This document shows positions 18,185 to 28,196 of a stretch of 64,000 bases of DNA, piece after piece. Position 1 is the stretch's first letter. Every line of letters starts with the position of its first letter. The notes under the pieces were generated by a model that searched no databases, was not told the origin of the DNA, and worked only from the letters and a program-made list of their open reading frames with translations. This stretch comes from Sphingobacteriia bacterium. Lineage in GTDB: Bacteria > Bacteroidota > Bacteroidia > NS11-12g > UBA955. The stretch is from positions 25,513-89,512 of the forward strand of contig JAGKXC010000004.1 of the NCBI GenBank assembly GCA_021151535.1. The letters are read 5' to 3'. The position numbers and the translations under genes are program-made.

Positions 18185-20494
18185 TTATTTCTTGCAGCAA
18201 CTCTTAGCGCCAGTTTCACCTTTAAGGGGTTTGGGCGATAATTTCAGCTTCTCTGCAATCACATTTCCCTCAACCAATTTATAAGTTTGATTGATCGATA
18301 GCGATTGATACACTTGCTTTTTCTTAGGCATTCCACCCCACCAAACTTCCACTTCGGTGATTGTATTGGCCTTGCCTATTCCTATTTCCAATTGAAGTGA
18401 GTTTGCACCGAAAGATGCGCCAGAACTAACAGTATGATAAAAAACCTTGGCGCCATCTGGTCCATTTGTTTTCACCATCAAACGTGTGCCTTGTGCATCC
18501 TTGGCAACAGATTTTCCAAATAATTTTAATGTAATCCAATTATTTGCAGAGTTGGGGTTTACAAACAGTGCATTGTGAGCATTATCGCCTTCTACAGCAC
18601 CACCTAAGGTAGTGTAAATATCCTGATCGCCATCATTGTCTAAATCGCCAAAAGCAATTCCATGACCTTTCTGCAAGTGCCCAATTCCAGAAGTATTGGT
18701 AACCTCAGCAAATCGAGTTCCGTTTATATTCATAAATGCACGATTGGGTACCAAACTCGTGAATTCAAATGCGCCAGTACCAGCGTAGAAATCCAAATAA
18801 CCGTCATTGTCGAAATCGCCATAATTCAAACCCATTGCAAAAATCATTTTGTTAATATTGGCCTGCTTTGAAATGTCTTTAAACTTCTCATTGCCCAAAT
18901 TCAAGTATAGCTTGGTTGTTTCAACCGGCAATTTCTGTCCCAAATTTTCCATACAAACCAAACCAGCAACCTGGCTTAAATGATCCAATGGAAACGAGGT
19001 TACCAATAAATCTTGTAAGCCATCGTGATTGAAGTCAAAAATTGCAGCAGGAAAACTCATTACCGGCAATTCAATTCCAGCTTTAGCAGCAATATCCTCA
19101 AAACTCACCTTATCGTTTCCTTGTGCATCCTTACTTACACCTCTGTTCATAAACAGATGGTTTCTACCACGAATCGATGAAATAAACAAATCTTGCAAGC
19201 CATCGTTATTCATATCGGCAAAAAGCGCGGCTTTTGCATAACCGAAATTACCATCCACGCCCCAATCCTTCGCTACATCAACGAATTTCTCATTGCCATT
19301 ATTAATGTATAACTCACAAGGATATTGATTACTGGTATTATTTTCATTGGCGATAAACACATCCAAGTACCCATCATTGTTTACATCGCCCCATGTAGCT
19401 GTTTCCGTAGGTCTAAAATTCATCATTCCTGCAGAAATAGTGATATCTGAGAAAGTGCCATCGCCATTGTTCTTCAACAAGGAATTAGGCCACTCTCCGC
19501 CTTTATCCAACCAAGCACCGCGTAATACCAAAATGTCCATGTTACCATCGTTGTTAAAATCTGCTTGTTTGGCGTTTAATCCACCTTTCAAGCCTTTTAG
19601 CATCGAAGCATTGGTTTTGTCTACAAACCCACCATTCCCATCTGCAATAAACAAATGCATTTGATCATAAAGGCCATATGACGAACAGAAAATATCCTGC
19701 AACCCGTCATTGTTGAAATCTTCAATAATTGCCCCGCCCGACAAACCGTTTACATCCACATTCAAATCAGTAGCAACATTCCTAAATGGAGAGAAGTTTG
19801 CAACTTTTTCATCCAATTTATTGAAATCGATTAAGTATTCTTTTGGAACAGCATTGGGGTATTGACCCAATGTCATGTAGGCAATATTCAACAACCATCT
19901 TGATTGAAAATCCGAAGGGTATTGCTTAAGAATTTCTTGATAAATTTTGATGGCTTGGGTAGAACCTTCAGTGGCTTTATGGAAAGCTTCTTTTTGCAAA
20001 GGAACAATACATGAATAATTATTGTGATTAGCAACACAATTGTCATTTTCGCCTTGACGTAAATAAGCAACTGCAAGCAAGTCAAATACCTTTAAAAACT
20101 CTGGATCTTTTATTGCTGCAGCTCTTCCATTGGGATATTTACCCAACATTTCATTGAGCGTTTTTATACAACTTGCCGTATTCCCAGCATTCAACAATTC
20201 AAAACAGTACTTCCATTCCCACATAATAATTTCGGCGGGATTTTGCGACTTTGGAGGATCATTAAAAATCTTTGAAGCACGCTTTCCACTCAAGAAATAA
20301 TTCAAATCCGGATCTGCAGTTTCAGCCAAACTATCCAACAAATGAGCCATTTGTCTATTACCCTCAAACCGAGGATCCGTTTCAAACATGATTGAATCTG
20401 CTTCAGTAGAATTGGAATCAGTGTTTGAGGTTTTACTGCAACTGATGATTGACAATACAATACAGAAGAATGGGAGAAAAAAGTGACGTTTCAT
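18185..20494 (-). CDS. CRTAC1-family lipoprotein (TPR N-region, FG-GAP/VCBS repeats, ASPIC/UnbV C-domain)
   Basis: Lipobox LSIISCS. Seven or more FNNDG/VNNDG/LDNDGDQD repeats. C-terminal NNWITLKL.G..KDAQGTRL...GASFGANSL.LEIGIG (UnbV_ASPIC-like). Start at MKRHFF (20494). Confidence 0.8.
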   Translation of the reverse strand: MKRHFFLPFFCIVLSIISCSKTSNTDSNSTEADSIMFETDPRFEGNRQMAHLLDSLAETADPDLNYFLSGKRASKIFNDPPKSQNPAEIIMWEWKYCFELLNAGNTASCIKTLNEMLGKYPNGRAAAIKDPEFLKVFDLLAVAYLRQGENDNCVANHNNYSCIVPLQKEAFHKATEGSTQAIKIYQEILKQYPSDFQSRWLLNIAYMTLGQYPNAVPKEYLIDFNKLDEKVANFSPFRNVATDLNVDVNGLSGGAIIEDFNNDGLQDIFCSSYGLYDQMHLFIADGNGGFVDKTNASMLKGLKGGLNAKQADFNNDGNMDILVLRGAWLDKGGEWPNSLLKNNGDGTFSDITISAGMMNFRPTETATWGDVNNDGYLDVFIANENNTSNQYPCELYINNGNEKFVDVAKDWGVDGNFGYAKAALFADMNNDGLQDLFISSIRGRNHLFMNRGVSKDAQGNDKVSFEDIAAKAGIELPVMSFPAAIFDFNHDGLQDLLVTSFPLDHLSQVAGLVCMENLGQKLPVETTKLYLNLGNEKFKDISKQANINKMIFAMGLNYGDFDNDGYLDFYAGTGAFEFTSLVPNRAFMNINGTRFAEVTNTSGIGHLQKGHGIAFGDLDNDGDQDIYTTLGGAVEGDNAHNALFVNPNSANNWITLKLFGKSVAKDAQGTRLMVKTNGPDGAKVFYHTVSSGASFGANSLQLEIGIGKANTITEVEVWWGGMPKKKQVYQSLSINQTYKLVEGNVIAEKLKLSPKPLKGETGAKSCCKK

Positions 20495-20635
20495 GCAAAA
20501 CAAAATTAGCACTAAATTAATCAATTCCCATTTTTCATTAACGGATGTCTGTATTTATGACGAGAAAACTACCTTGATGAAACGATTTTTGCATTCAATA
20601 CAAAATCTATCGAATGAACTAAAAAAGTTGTTTGA

Positions 20636-21514
20636 TTAGTCTGCTTTCACTGAAACGGAAAATACGTGTTCTGGTTGATGCGGCTGTTGGATGATTTCAT
20701 GTACTTGCACTCCCCATTCTTTCAACCAATAATCAGGTAGATAGATCGCACACAGTGTATGTTGAACATGATAAACTTGATTCAATTGATTAATAGAAAG
20801 CCCTTCAAAAATTCCCGCCATTACTTCCAATCTTGCCTTTTCCGGAGAATGCGCATAATCGTGCCAAACAACAATGGTTTTGTCATGAACCAAATGAGAC
20901 ATCACACGAATAGTATCATTTTTTACCATTTCAAAATGGTGATCACCATCGATGAAAATTAAATCGTATTTTTTATTCAAGCCTGCAAAATCAAAGTTGG
21001 CAGTATTTCCATCTAAATGAAAAATTGGGGAATGCTTAAATGCAACAAACGCATCTTTTTTACTAGAAGGTTTGGAAAAGAAACCGTGTAAATCTATATA
21101 CTTTTTATCCCATCCCATTTCCTGCATTTGTTGTGCAGAAAGGTTCAACGTTGTTACGGATTCGGCTGTTTCAGCAACATTTACGGCACTTTCACCCCGC
21201 CATGTGCCAATTTCAAAATAATCACAATGAGGTATTTTTGATGCCAATGATTTCAACAGCATCAAATCAGTAGGTAAGGAACCGCCATCTAAAATTGCAT
21301 AGATATTTAATTCCCTGGAATCTTCACTAACTAATTCATGCCAACTTAAACTCCTCAAACCCAGTTGAGGCATAATAGGCAATTTGGCATCGTTCAATAT
21401 TTTTTTTATCCGATTTTCCCAAACAACGTCGTCCTCCAATACATGATTTAACAACCATGGATTTTTTACAATCGCTTTAAAGGCTTGGAAGAATTTGTTA
21501 ATCTTGGAGAACAT
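20636..21514 (-). CDS. Class I SAM-dependent methyltransferase (Methyltransf_24/CmcI-like)
   Basis: YFEIGTWRGESAVNVAE (motif I) and YDLIFIDGDHHFE. Confidence 0.65.
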   Translation of the reverse strand: MFSKINKFFQAFKAIVKNPWLLNHVLEDDVVWENRIKKILNDAKLPIMPQLGLRSLSWHELVSEDSRELNIYAILDGGSLPTDLMLLKSLASKIPHCDYFEIGTWRGESAVNVAETAESVTTLNLSAQQMQEMGWDKKYIDLHGFFSKPSSKKDAFVAFKHSPIFHLDGNTANFDFAGLNKKYDLIFIDGDHHFEMVKNDTIRVMSHLVHDKTIVVWHDYAHSPEKARLEVMAGIFEGLSINQLNQVYHVQHTLCAIYLPDYWLKEWGVQVHEIIQQPHQPEHVFSVSVKAD

Positions 21515-21525
21515 GGTTCCTTAAT

Positions 21526-22599
21526 CTATACTGATGTTGCCGTTAACGATAACAAAGATTTAATATGAAATGCCAGATATTTTGTAAATTGATCAATCAC
21601 AAATTTCTCTCTATTCTTATCCATGCCAACTGACAATAATGGGAAAATATATTGTTCTAAATCCCATTGTTTTCGGCCATGTTTACCAATGATTGTTTTC
21701 AATTCATCCGTAATTATACAAACCGTAGATTTACTAAACGGCAATTTATTCCCATGTTCATCATATTGCGCAACCAAGAGTAAATCTCCATTCACATTTG
21801 AAAATTTCAAATGGGCAATATCTGAAGGTGTTAAATCATTGCATAAAATGGAAAAAATCAGAAAATCTCTGGTTCTAATTTGATCTTCATTCTCAGGTCG
21901 AGCCGCCAAAATCTTCAAATAATCAGCTTGGGTAGCCCACCGATTAGATTTCTCTGAATTTGGTATTCTATACTTTCGTTTCCCAAATGGATATTGCTGA
22001 TCATCGATATCCTTTTGTTCCAATGCCAAATTGAAAACATCACGTAATGGTCGTAAATACCCGCCTATTTTAGCTGGAGAATAGCCCTTTACTTGCATAC
22101 AATATTGCTCAAACTGCATTAACCATTGCTCAGTTATCATCGTAAATGGAATGCGTTTGGTTTCAGTTCCAGTTTGATGATGCACAAATTGAATCATTTC
22201 TGTTAATGCATGGCGATAAACATTGGCTTTTTCTATTTTTTTTACCTCTTCTAATTGATTGATTCCGCTATGAAAATACGCGATTACATCAGGCGTTTGA
22301 TGCGTTTTATAAAAGAAGCGTTTCTCAAAAATTTCAAAATCAAATTGTGCCATTTCCGCTGCTATTTTCTTGGCAGTCCATTCCGTTAATTGCAAATTCA
22401 AACGCTGAGCATTCCAATAATCCCCAGGTTTGGCAAATTGAATTTGTTCAAATTCTTGCTCCGAAAATTCCATATCTATGGGATAGAGCTTTTGAACCCT
22501 AGGTTTTGAGGTATAAACCCGCAACTTCAAAGGAAATTTCCCATTCCTTTTGATTCTGCGTTTATCCAACACAACTTTGATAAAAACTTCTTGTTCCAT
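21526..22599 (-). mobile_element. Tyrosine-recombinase (Bacteroidota integrase) remnant, C-terminally truncated and lacking catalytic residues
   Basis: The Arm-type N-terminus (VFIKVVLDKRRIKRNGKFPLKLRVY) and SAM-like core-binding region are present. The expected TGLR(I/Y)SD box reads CNDLTPSD. The ORF stops before the HxxR...Y region, 12 nt from the next gene. Confidence 0.65.
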
Positions 22600-22977
22600 G
22601 TGATTGTTAAACTTTTTGGAGTTCGTTTCTTTAATGGGATTTCAAAATTAGGTGATTTGCATATAGCATACAAGGTTTTCCACACTTAATTAACATTTTT
22701 GTAAAAATCACCTTGCCTCAATCATCATTTAAACCTCTTCAATATTCATCTTAAATTTACTATTAAACTATTTAATTTAATTATCTATCGCAAAAATGCG
22801 ATGGATAATTTCGAGCCATTTCTTTGTTTGACGTTAAACGAAATATGCAAATTTCTTTTTTGTTTTTCTTTCCCGATTAACTGCATTTATTCATATGCAA
22901 ACAGAAATTACCTACCTAACAGCCATTTCTTCTTCCTTCAAATTGTATATTCGCCTACCCTTTTGGATTTTCCTAAC

Positions 22978-23793
22978 GTGAGTAATAGCATCGTCAAACC
23001 ATCACTCTCAGTTGTTGTAATTACTTACAACGAAGCGGTGAATATTGAACGCTGTATTCAATCGGTTCGCTCTATTGCAGATGAAATTGTTGTTGTTGAT
23101 AGTTACAGCTCAGACAATACAGTTGCCATCGCCCAATCATTAGGCGCTGTAGTTTATGAACATGCTTTTGAAGGTCATATCCAACAAAAGAATTGGGCCA
23201 TGCATCAAGCCAAATCGGAATGGATTTTAAGTTTGGATGGCGATGAGTGTTTGAGTAATTCTTTGATAAAGGAAATTGAAGAATGGAAAAACTCTTTTAA
23301 TCCTAGTAATATCGATACTCCTCATGCCTTTTGGGTAAAACGTTTGAATCATTTGGCAGGTAAACCCATCAAGGGTTGTGGCTGGTATCCGGATAAAAAA
23401 ATACGCCTTTGGGCGGCGGGCAGTGGACAGTGGACAGGCACAAATCCGCATGATCGTTTTGAATTATCTAATTCAACGGCTTTAATTGGGAGATTCAATG
23501 GCGATTTGTTACACTTCACTTACAATGATTTCAACCAAATAAAACAACAAGCTTTGAAATTTGGACGTATTGGTGCTCAAGCCATTCAATCCAAATTTTG
23601 GGGGGTTCTATTGTTAAAATCCCTAGCAAGTCCGCAAATCAAATTCTTAAAAAACTATTTCTTTAAACGCGGATTTTTATATGGTAAAGATGGTTGGGTA
23701 ATTTGCTATTGGCAATGGAGGGAAAGTTTATTGAAATATAGCTTGGGATTTTTGCTTTCTATCAAACGCTCTTTCGGTTTAACTCAATCATAA
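22978..23793 (+). CDS. Glycosyltransferase family 2 protein
   Basis: LSVVVITYNEAVNIERCI...VVVDSYSSDNT...LSLDGDE (DxD). The first 59 codons of the track ORF look non-coding, so I take the GTG at 22978 as the start. Confidence 0.75.
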   Translation: MSNSIVKPSLSVVVITYNEAVNIERCIQSVRSIADEIVVVDSYSSDNTVAIAQSLGAVVYEHAFEGHIQQKNWAMHQAKSEWILSLDGDECLSNSLIKEIEEWKNSFNPSNIDTPHAFWVKRLNHLAGKPIKGCGWYPDKKIRLWAAGSGQWTGTNPHDRFELSNSTALIGRFNGDLLHFTYNDFNQIKQQALKFGRIGAQAIQSKFWGVLLLKSLASPQIKFLKNYFFKRGFLYGKDGWVICYWQWRESLLKYSLGFLLSIKRSFGLTQS

Positions 23794-23816
23794 CCTCATT
23801 TTATTCTGGATTAACC

Positions 23817-24419
23817 ATGCCAAACTTATTAGCATTTACTTCTTTGGGCGGTGTTCAAGTCGGGGTTGATGAAGCTGGCAGAGGGTGTTTAGCGGGTCCT
23901 GTTGTTGCAGCTGCCGTTATCTTACCCCCTGATTTTTTTCATCCTGATTTAAACGATTCCAAACAATTATCCCGCAAAAAGCGCGATGCATTGCGCTTGG
24001 TGATTGAAAAAGATTCTTTGGCTTGGGCGATAGGTATCTGCACTCCCGAAGAAATTGATTCGCTCAACATTTTATGGGCTAGTGTGGCTGCCATGCACAA
24101 AGCCCTTGACGGAATTTCTATGCATTTTGATGCTATCGCCGTGGATGGAAATAAGTTTAAGCCGTACAAAGATATCCCCTACACTACTGAAGTTAAGGGC
24201 GATGGCCGGTTTCTACACATCGCTGCCGCAAGCATTTTGGCCAAAACCCATAGAGATGAAATCATGGAAAGTTTGGATTTGCAATTCCCAGGATATGGTT
24301 GGAAAGACAATGCCGGTTACCCTACCAGCGCCCACCGCAATGCGATTCGCGCATTGGGTATTACACCCCATCATCGCAAATCTTTCCGATTGCTTCCAGA
24401 ACAACTCTCTTTGTTCTAA
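23817..24419 (+). CDS. rnhB: Ribonuclease HII
   Basis: GVDEAGRGCLAGPVVAAAVIL and DSKQLS motifs. Confidence 0.9.
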   Translation: MPNLLAFTSLGGVQVGVDEAGRGCLAGPVVAAAVILPPDFFHPDLNDSKQLSRKKRDALRLVIEKDSLAWAIGICTPEEIDSLNILWASVAAMHKALDGISMHFDAIAVDGNKFKPYKDIPYTTEVKGDGRFLHIAAASILAKTHRDEIMESLDLQFPGYGWKDNAGYPTSAHRNAIRALGITPHHRKSFRLLPEQLSLF

Positions 24420-24531
24420 AATTCTTTCCACACACAATTGCTTTTTCTAGTATTTTGACTATATTGTTGTCAAAATATTGATAATTTATTTATCAAAAAT
24501 AATCTAAGTTACACATTTTCAAGGCAATTTT

Positions 24532-25752
24532 ATGGGATCAGAAGCAGTTATCACACACATGGATTTGGATTCATTTTTTGTAAGCGTTGAGCGTTTACAC
24601 AACCCCTCATTAAACAACAAACCCATTATTATTGGGGGAAATAGTGACCGCGGCGTGGTTGCCAGCTGCAGTTATGAAGCCAGGAAATTTGGCGTACATA
24701 GCGCCATGCCCATGAAACAAGCCAAGTTCTTATGTCCTGATGCCATTATTATTCGGGGCGATTCACATTCCTATAGTGAACATTCAAGAATGGTAACAGA
24801 AATCATCGCCGAAGAAGTTCCGCTATACGAGAAAAGCAGCATTGATGAATTTTACATCGACTTAACGGGCATGGAAAAGTTCTTTGGAACATGGAAATTG
24901 GCGATGCACATCAAATCACGCATTGAGAAAGAAACAGGATTGCCCATAAGCTTTGGTTTATCTAGCAATAAAACGGTAAGTAAAATTGCCACTGGCACAG
25001 CCAAACCACACGGACAGCGGCTAATTGATCCTGGCACGGAGAAACCCTTCCTAGCGCCTTTATCTGTAAAGAAAATCCCCGGCGTTGGCAATGAAACGTA
25101 TAAAACACTAAGAAACCTAGGCATACAATACATAAAAACCTTACAAGAGATGCCGATGGAACTCATGGAACGCACCTTACACAAACCTGGAATTGATTTA
25201 TGGAAAAAGGCCCAAGGGATAGACAACCGCAGGGTTGAGCCTTATCACGAGCGAAAAAGCATTGGCACAGAAAGAACATTTGAGCGCGACACCATTGATG
25301 TTGCCAAACTAACAACCTTGGTTAGCGCCATGGCCGAAAACCTCACTTACCACCTAAGAAAAGGCAATAAAGTATGCGCTTGCGTTACGGTGAAAGTACG
25401 ATACAGCGATTTCAACACCCATTCCTTACAAGCAAGAATCCCGTACACCAGTGCAGATCACCACATCATACCCAAAACGCTAGAATTGTTCGAGAAGTTA
25501 TACAACAGGCGATTATTGGTACGTTTAATTGGCGTGCGATTAAGCGATTTGGTGGGTGGCGGATTTCAAATGAACCTATTTGAAGACAGTGAAGAAATTG
25601 CCAATCTTTATCAAGCGATGGACAAAATACGAAATCGTTTTGGAGACCATGCCATTAAACGGGCAAATGGCATTGATGCAAAAAGTATTGGGCGGTACGA
25701 CAACCCCTTTGACGGCGGCCCTCCAATTCTATTGGCCAACAGACGATCTTAA
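24532..25752 (+). CDS. dinB: DNA polymerase IV (Y-family)
   Basis: HMDLDSFFVSVE, SIDEFYIDLTG, and little-finger region. Confidence 0.9.
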   Translation: MGSEAVITHMDLDSFFVSVERLHNPSLNNKPIIIGGNSDRGVVASCSYEARKFGVHSAMPMKQAKFLCPDAIIIRGDSHSYSEHSRMVTEIIAEEVPLYEKSSIDEFYIDLTGMEKFFGTWKLAMHIKSRIEKETGLPISFGLSSNKTVSKIATGTAKPHGQRLIDPGTEKPFLAPLSVKKIPGVGNETYKTLRNLGIQYIKTLQEMPMELMERTLHKPGIDLWKKAQGIDNRRVEPYHERKSIGTERTFERDTIDVAKLTTLVSAMAENLTYHLRKGNKVCACVTVKVRYSDFNTHSLQARIPYTSADHHIIPKTLELFEKLYNRRLLVRLIGVRLSDLVGGGFQMNLFEDSEEIANLYQAMDKIRNRFGDHAIKRANGIDAKSIGRYDNPFDGGPPILLANRRS

Positions 25753-25796
25753 TTTTGAGATACGAACACAACCTATAATCGCCTGAAATCAGCATG

Positions 25797-26438
25797 CTAT
25801 GAATCGTACCATTTAGAAAACAAATACACCAAACGGCGCAGTGTTAACCCATTGCGTTTTACCATATTACGTTGATGGGTTTTGATGGTATGCGGACTTC
25901 TACACAGTTTCTCAGCAATATCTTCAATTGTATGGCCTTGGGTATATAGTCTTAAAACTTCTTTCTCTTGATCGGTAAGCGATGGAGCGAAAGTGGCTTC
26001 ATCATTCTCAATGGCTTCTTGACTCTGAGCGATGGGATACTGGCTCATCACATCTTGCACATGGGAGCAATAATATTTTTTACCTGAGGAAACAGACTTC
26101 AAAGCAGCACCCAAAACAGAGGAATCGCACATTTTACATACGAAACCTTGAACGCCTAATTTGGTAGCTTCAGATACAAAAACAAAATCTGTATATCCAG
26201 AAAACACCAATACAGGAATATTTTTCTGCATACAAAGAGCAATAAAATCAAAAGATTTGCCTTCTTTCAGCCCAATATCTGCTGTTGCCAAATCAATATG
26301 CTTTTTATGCATAAACTGCTTGGCAGAATCTACATCAGCAAACCCATGCCATGTTGCGTCAGGAAAAATCGATTTCACTTTACTAGAAATCACCTCCCGC
26401 ATAACGGGATGATCTTCCAAAGAGACAATTAAACTCAT
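25797..26438 (-). CDS. LuxR/NarL-family response regulator
   Basis: REC domain with canonical ED, D (TADIGL), S and K positions. C-terminal LuxR HTH (LTDQEKEVLRLYTQGHTIEDIAEKLCRSPHTIKTHQRNM). Start ATG overlaps the kinase stop (ATGA). Confidence 0.85.
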   Translation of the reverse strand: MSLIVSLEDHPVMREVISSKVKSIFPDATWHGFADVDSAKQFMHKKHIDLATADIGLKEGKSFDFIALCMQKNIPVLVFSGYTDFVFVSEATKLGVQGFVCKMCDSSVLGAALKSVSSGKKYYCSHVQDVMSQYPIAQSQEAIENDEATFAPSLTDQEKEVLRLYTQGHTIEDIAEKLCRSPHTIKTHQRNMVKRNGLTLRRLVYLFSKWYDS

Positions 26439-27250
26439 CGATCCACCTCCAATAACAATTGCTCTTCCCAAACACCCGGATGCATCTCTATTTTTCGAAT
26501 TTCACCTTGTATCAATGCCAAGCGTTGTTTTAATGTATAGGTACCTCTACCCTTTAAATTATCCATCGGCAAATTAGACAAAGGAAATTGAGAGGATGAT
26601 GCCTGAGAGGAAACACTTACAACATGATAATGAATAGAAATCGAAAGATGCTGATTTAACAATTCCATGGAAACTGATAAATCATCTACCTGGTTGTGTT
26701 GAACAATATTGGCGATCAATTCTTGCATTATGCGGTAAACTTGTACTTCTTTTTCGGCTAAGGATATCTCATTAACTGTTGAATGAAAATTCACTTTCCG
26801 CTTAGAATCAGCCATCATAAGCACAAGATTCTCTATTGATTTAACCAAACCAAACGCTTCCAATTCTTTTGGGTAAATAGCTTGGGTGAGTTGGGCGATT
26901 TCTATTTGAAGATCTTGCAACTCTTTTTGAATATGAGAAGCTCTATTCACAATCTCAGATATTTCGCCGTAATTCAAGAGTTCTGTTATCCGCTCTTTGA
27001 TGGCAAAAAATCGCGCCCCAGATGCATCGTGTAAATCATGCGCTATGCGCTGTCGTTCATGTTCCAAATTCTCCATCGCTTGCAATTGAATTTCCTTTTT
27101 TATTCGATCGGATCTTAGCCAAACGATAACAATTGAAACTACCAATGCCACGCAAAAAATCAAAATAGGAATAAATGTATTTACATACACAGGAATTTCA
27201 GCCAAACGCTGAAAATGCAACTGAAACACAACGAAACCCAACCTAACCAT
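26435..27250 (-). CDS. Sensor histidine kinase (HisKA_3/NarX-DesK type), single TM
   Basis: H-box ERQRIAHDLHDASG. N-box ELIANIVQH. G-box GRGTYTLKQRLALIQGEI. One N-terminal TM helix. Confidence 0.8.
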   Translation of the reverse strand: MVRLGFVVFQLHFQRLAEIPVYVNTFIPILIFCVALVVSIVIVWLRSDRIKKEIQLQAMENLEHERQRIAHDLHDASGARFFAIKERITELLNYGEISEIVNRASHIQKELQDLQIEIAQLTQAIYPKELEAFGLVKSIENLVLMMADSKRKVNFHSTVNEISLAEKEVQVYRIMQELIANIVQHNQVDDLSVSMELLNQHLSISIHYHVVSVSSQASSSQFPLSNLPMDNLKGRGTYTLKQRLALIQGEIRKIEMHPGVWEEQLLLEVDR

Positions 27251-27261
27251 CGCCCTAAAAA

Positions 27262-27993
27262 TTACTTCACATCTTCATTAATTATTAAGTTTTTGGCAGC
27301 TCGCTGCGAAGACAAATGGCGCACAAAAATAGAAATAGCCATTTTAAGGTAATAAGAAAGAAACAATATACACAAAACTAAATGTGTGGTAGACATTAAC
27401 ACCACAAGCGACTCATGCTTCATCCAATCAGTATAGTGCACCAAATAGGAAATTGACATATCAAACATATCATCTAATATGATAAATACCAGGAACACAA
27501 AATCAACAATATTGAATTGATTACTTCTGGCCAATTTCACCAATTGAAAACTCAACAGCACGATGGCCAATTCGAAAAACACCAATGCCATGGAATATGA
27601 CATTTGCCAATTGAACCCATAAGCCAATGCCATCAAAACAATAAGAAGAGCTGGCAACAACCAAACTTTTCTAAAAAATTGAGGCACGAAAAGAAAAACG
27701 GCTAGTAGCAGTACCGAAAAATCATATCCAAAATTGGCAACCACATCGGCAATTTTCCTCGGACTGCCCATTTTGCATACCACAAATAAAATTCCTTCAA
27801 ATACAAACCACAATAAAAGCATTTGCTCCACCAATTGAACATATATGGATTTATGAATTTGATTATTGCGCATAAAAACCCATGCAACCAATGTAATAAT
27901 CATGGCAGACAGATAAATATCCATCACAAAATCATTAAAAGCTCTACTAGAAAGTTGTACAACAAGTGATTCCCACATAAACGATTTAAGCAA
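27262..27993 (-). CDS. Polytopic membrane protein (~7 TM), no recognisable domain, first gene of the kinase/regulator operon
   Basis: Seven hydrophobic segments. Stop lies 11 nt upstream of the kinase start, on the same strand. Confidence 0.55.
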   Translation of the reverse strand: MLKSFMWESLVVQLSSRAFNDFVMDIYLSAMIITLVAWVFMRNNQIHKSIYVQLVEQMLLLWFVFEGILFVVCKMGSPRKIADVVANFGYDFSVLLLAVFLFVPQFFRKVWLLPALLIVLMALAYGFNWQMSYSMALVFFELAIVLLSFQLVKLARSNQFNIVDFVFLVFIILDDMFDMSISYLVHYTDWMKHESLVVLMSTTHLVLCILFLSYYLKMAISIFVRHLSSQRAAKNLIINEDVK

Positions 27994-28196
27994 ACTTATC
28001 GAAATTAGACATATTTCACTTGGCTTTTTTAATCCCCCTTGAGAAAATCATAAAAATACCACTCTTAGTGGTATAAACCATCAGATAGATATTGTTGTTT
28101 TGCATAATTCACTTGTATTAAAATTATCAACAAAAAATAGTATTAGTTCTGTGAATGAAACATAATTTTCAGATATGCATTAAATTGCAAGAAATT

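Noticed and set aside
10972-22599. Possible tRNA-Met-linked genomic island ending at the integrase remnant.
   Set aside because: The integrase lies about 10.5 kb from the tRNA and faces away from it. I found no direct repeat of the tRNA 3' end (GGTTCGAGCCCAGG...) in 20.5-23 kb. The genes between are ordinary and mixed in orientation.
22801-22977. 59-codon N-terminal extension of the GT2 ORF.
   Set aside because: The translation (MDNFEPFLCLTLNEICKFLFCFSFPINCIY...) is Phe/Cys-rich AT-rich read-through with no signal or TM logic. The conserved GT2 fold starts right after the GTG at 22978.
26435-27993. The 7-TM ORF and the histidine kinase as one gene disrupted by a frameshift, like the adhesin genes.
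   Set aside because: The two frames differ, but the kinase frame has a stop 24 nt upstream of its ATG. The kinase also has its own N-terminal TM helix, and the 7-TM protein ends in a hydrophilic tail. Unlike the adhesin junctions, no protein-like read-through links them. This is not fully excluded without orthologues.
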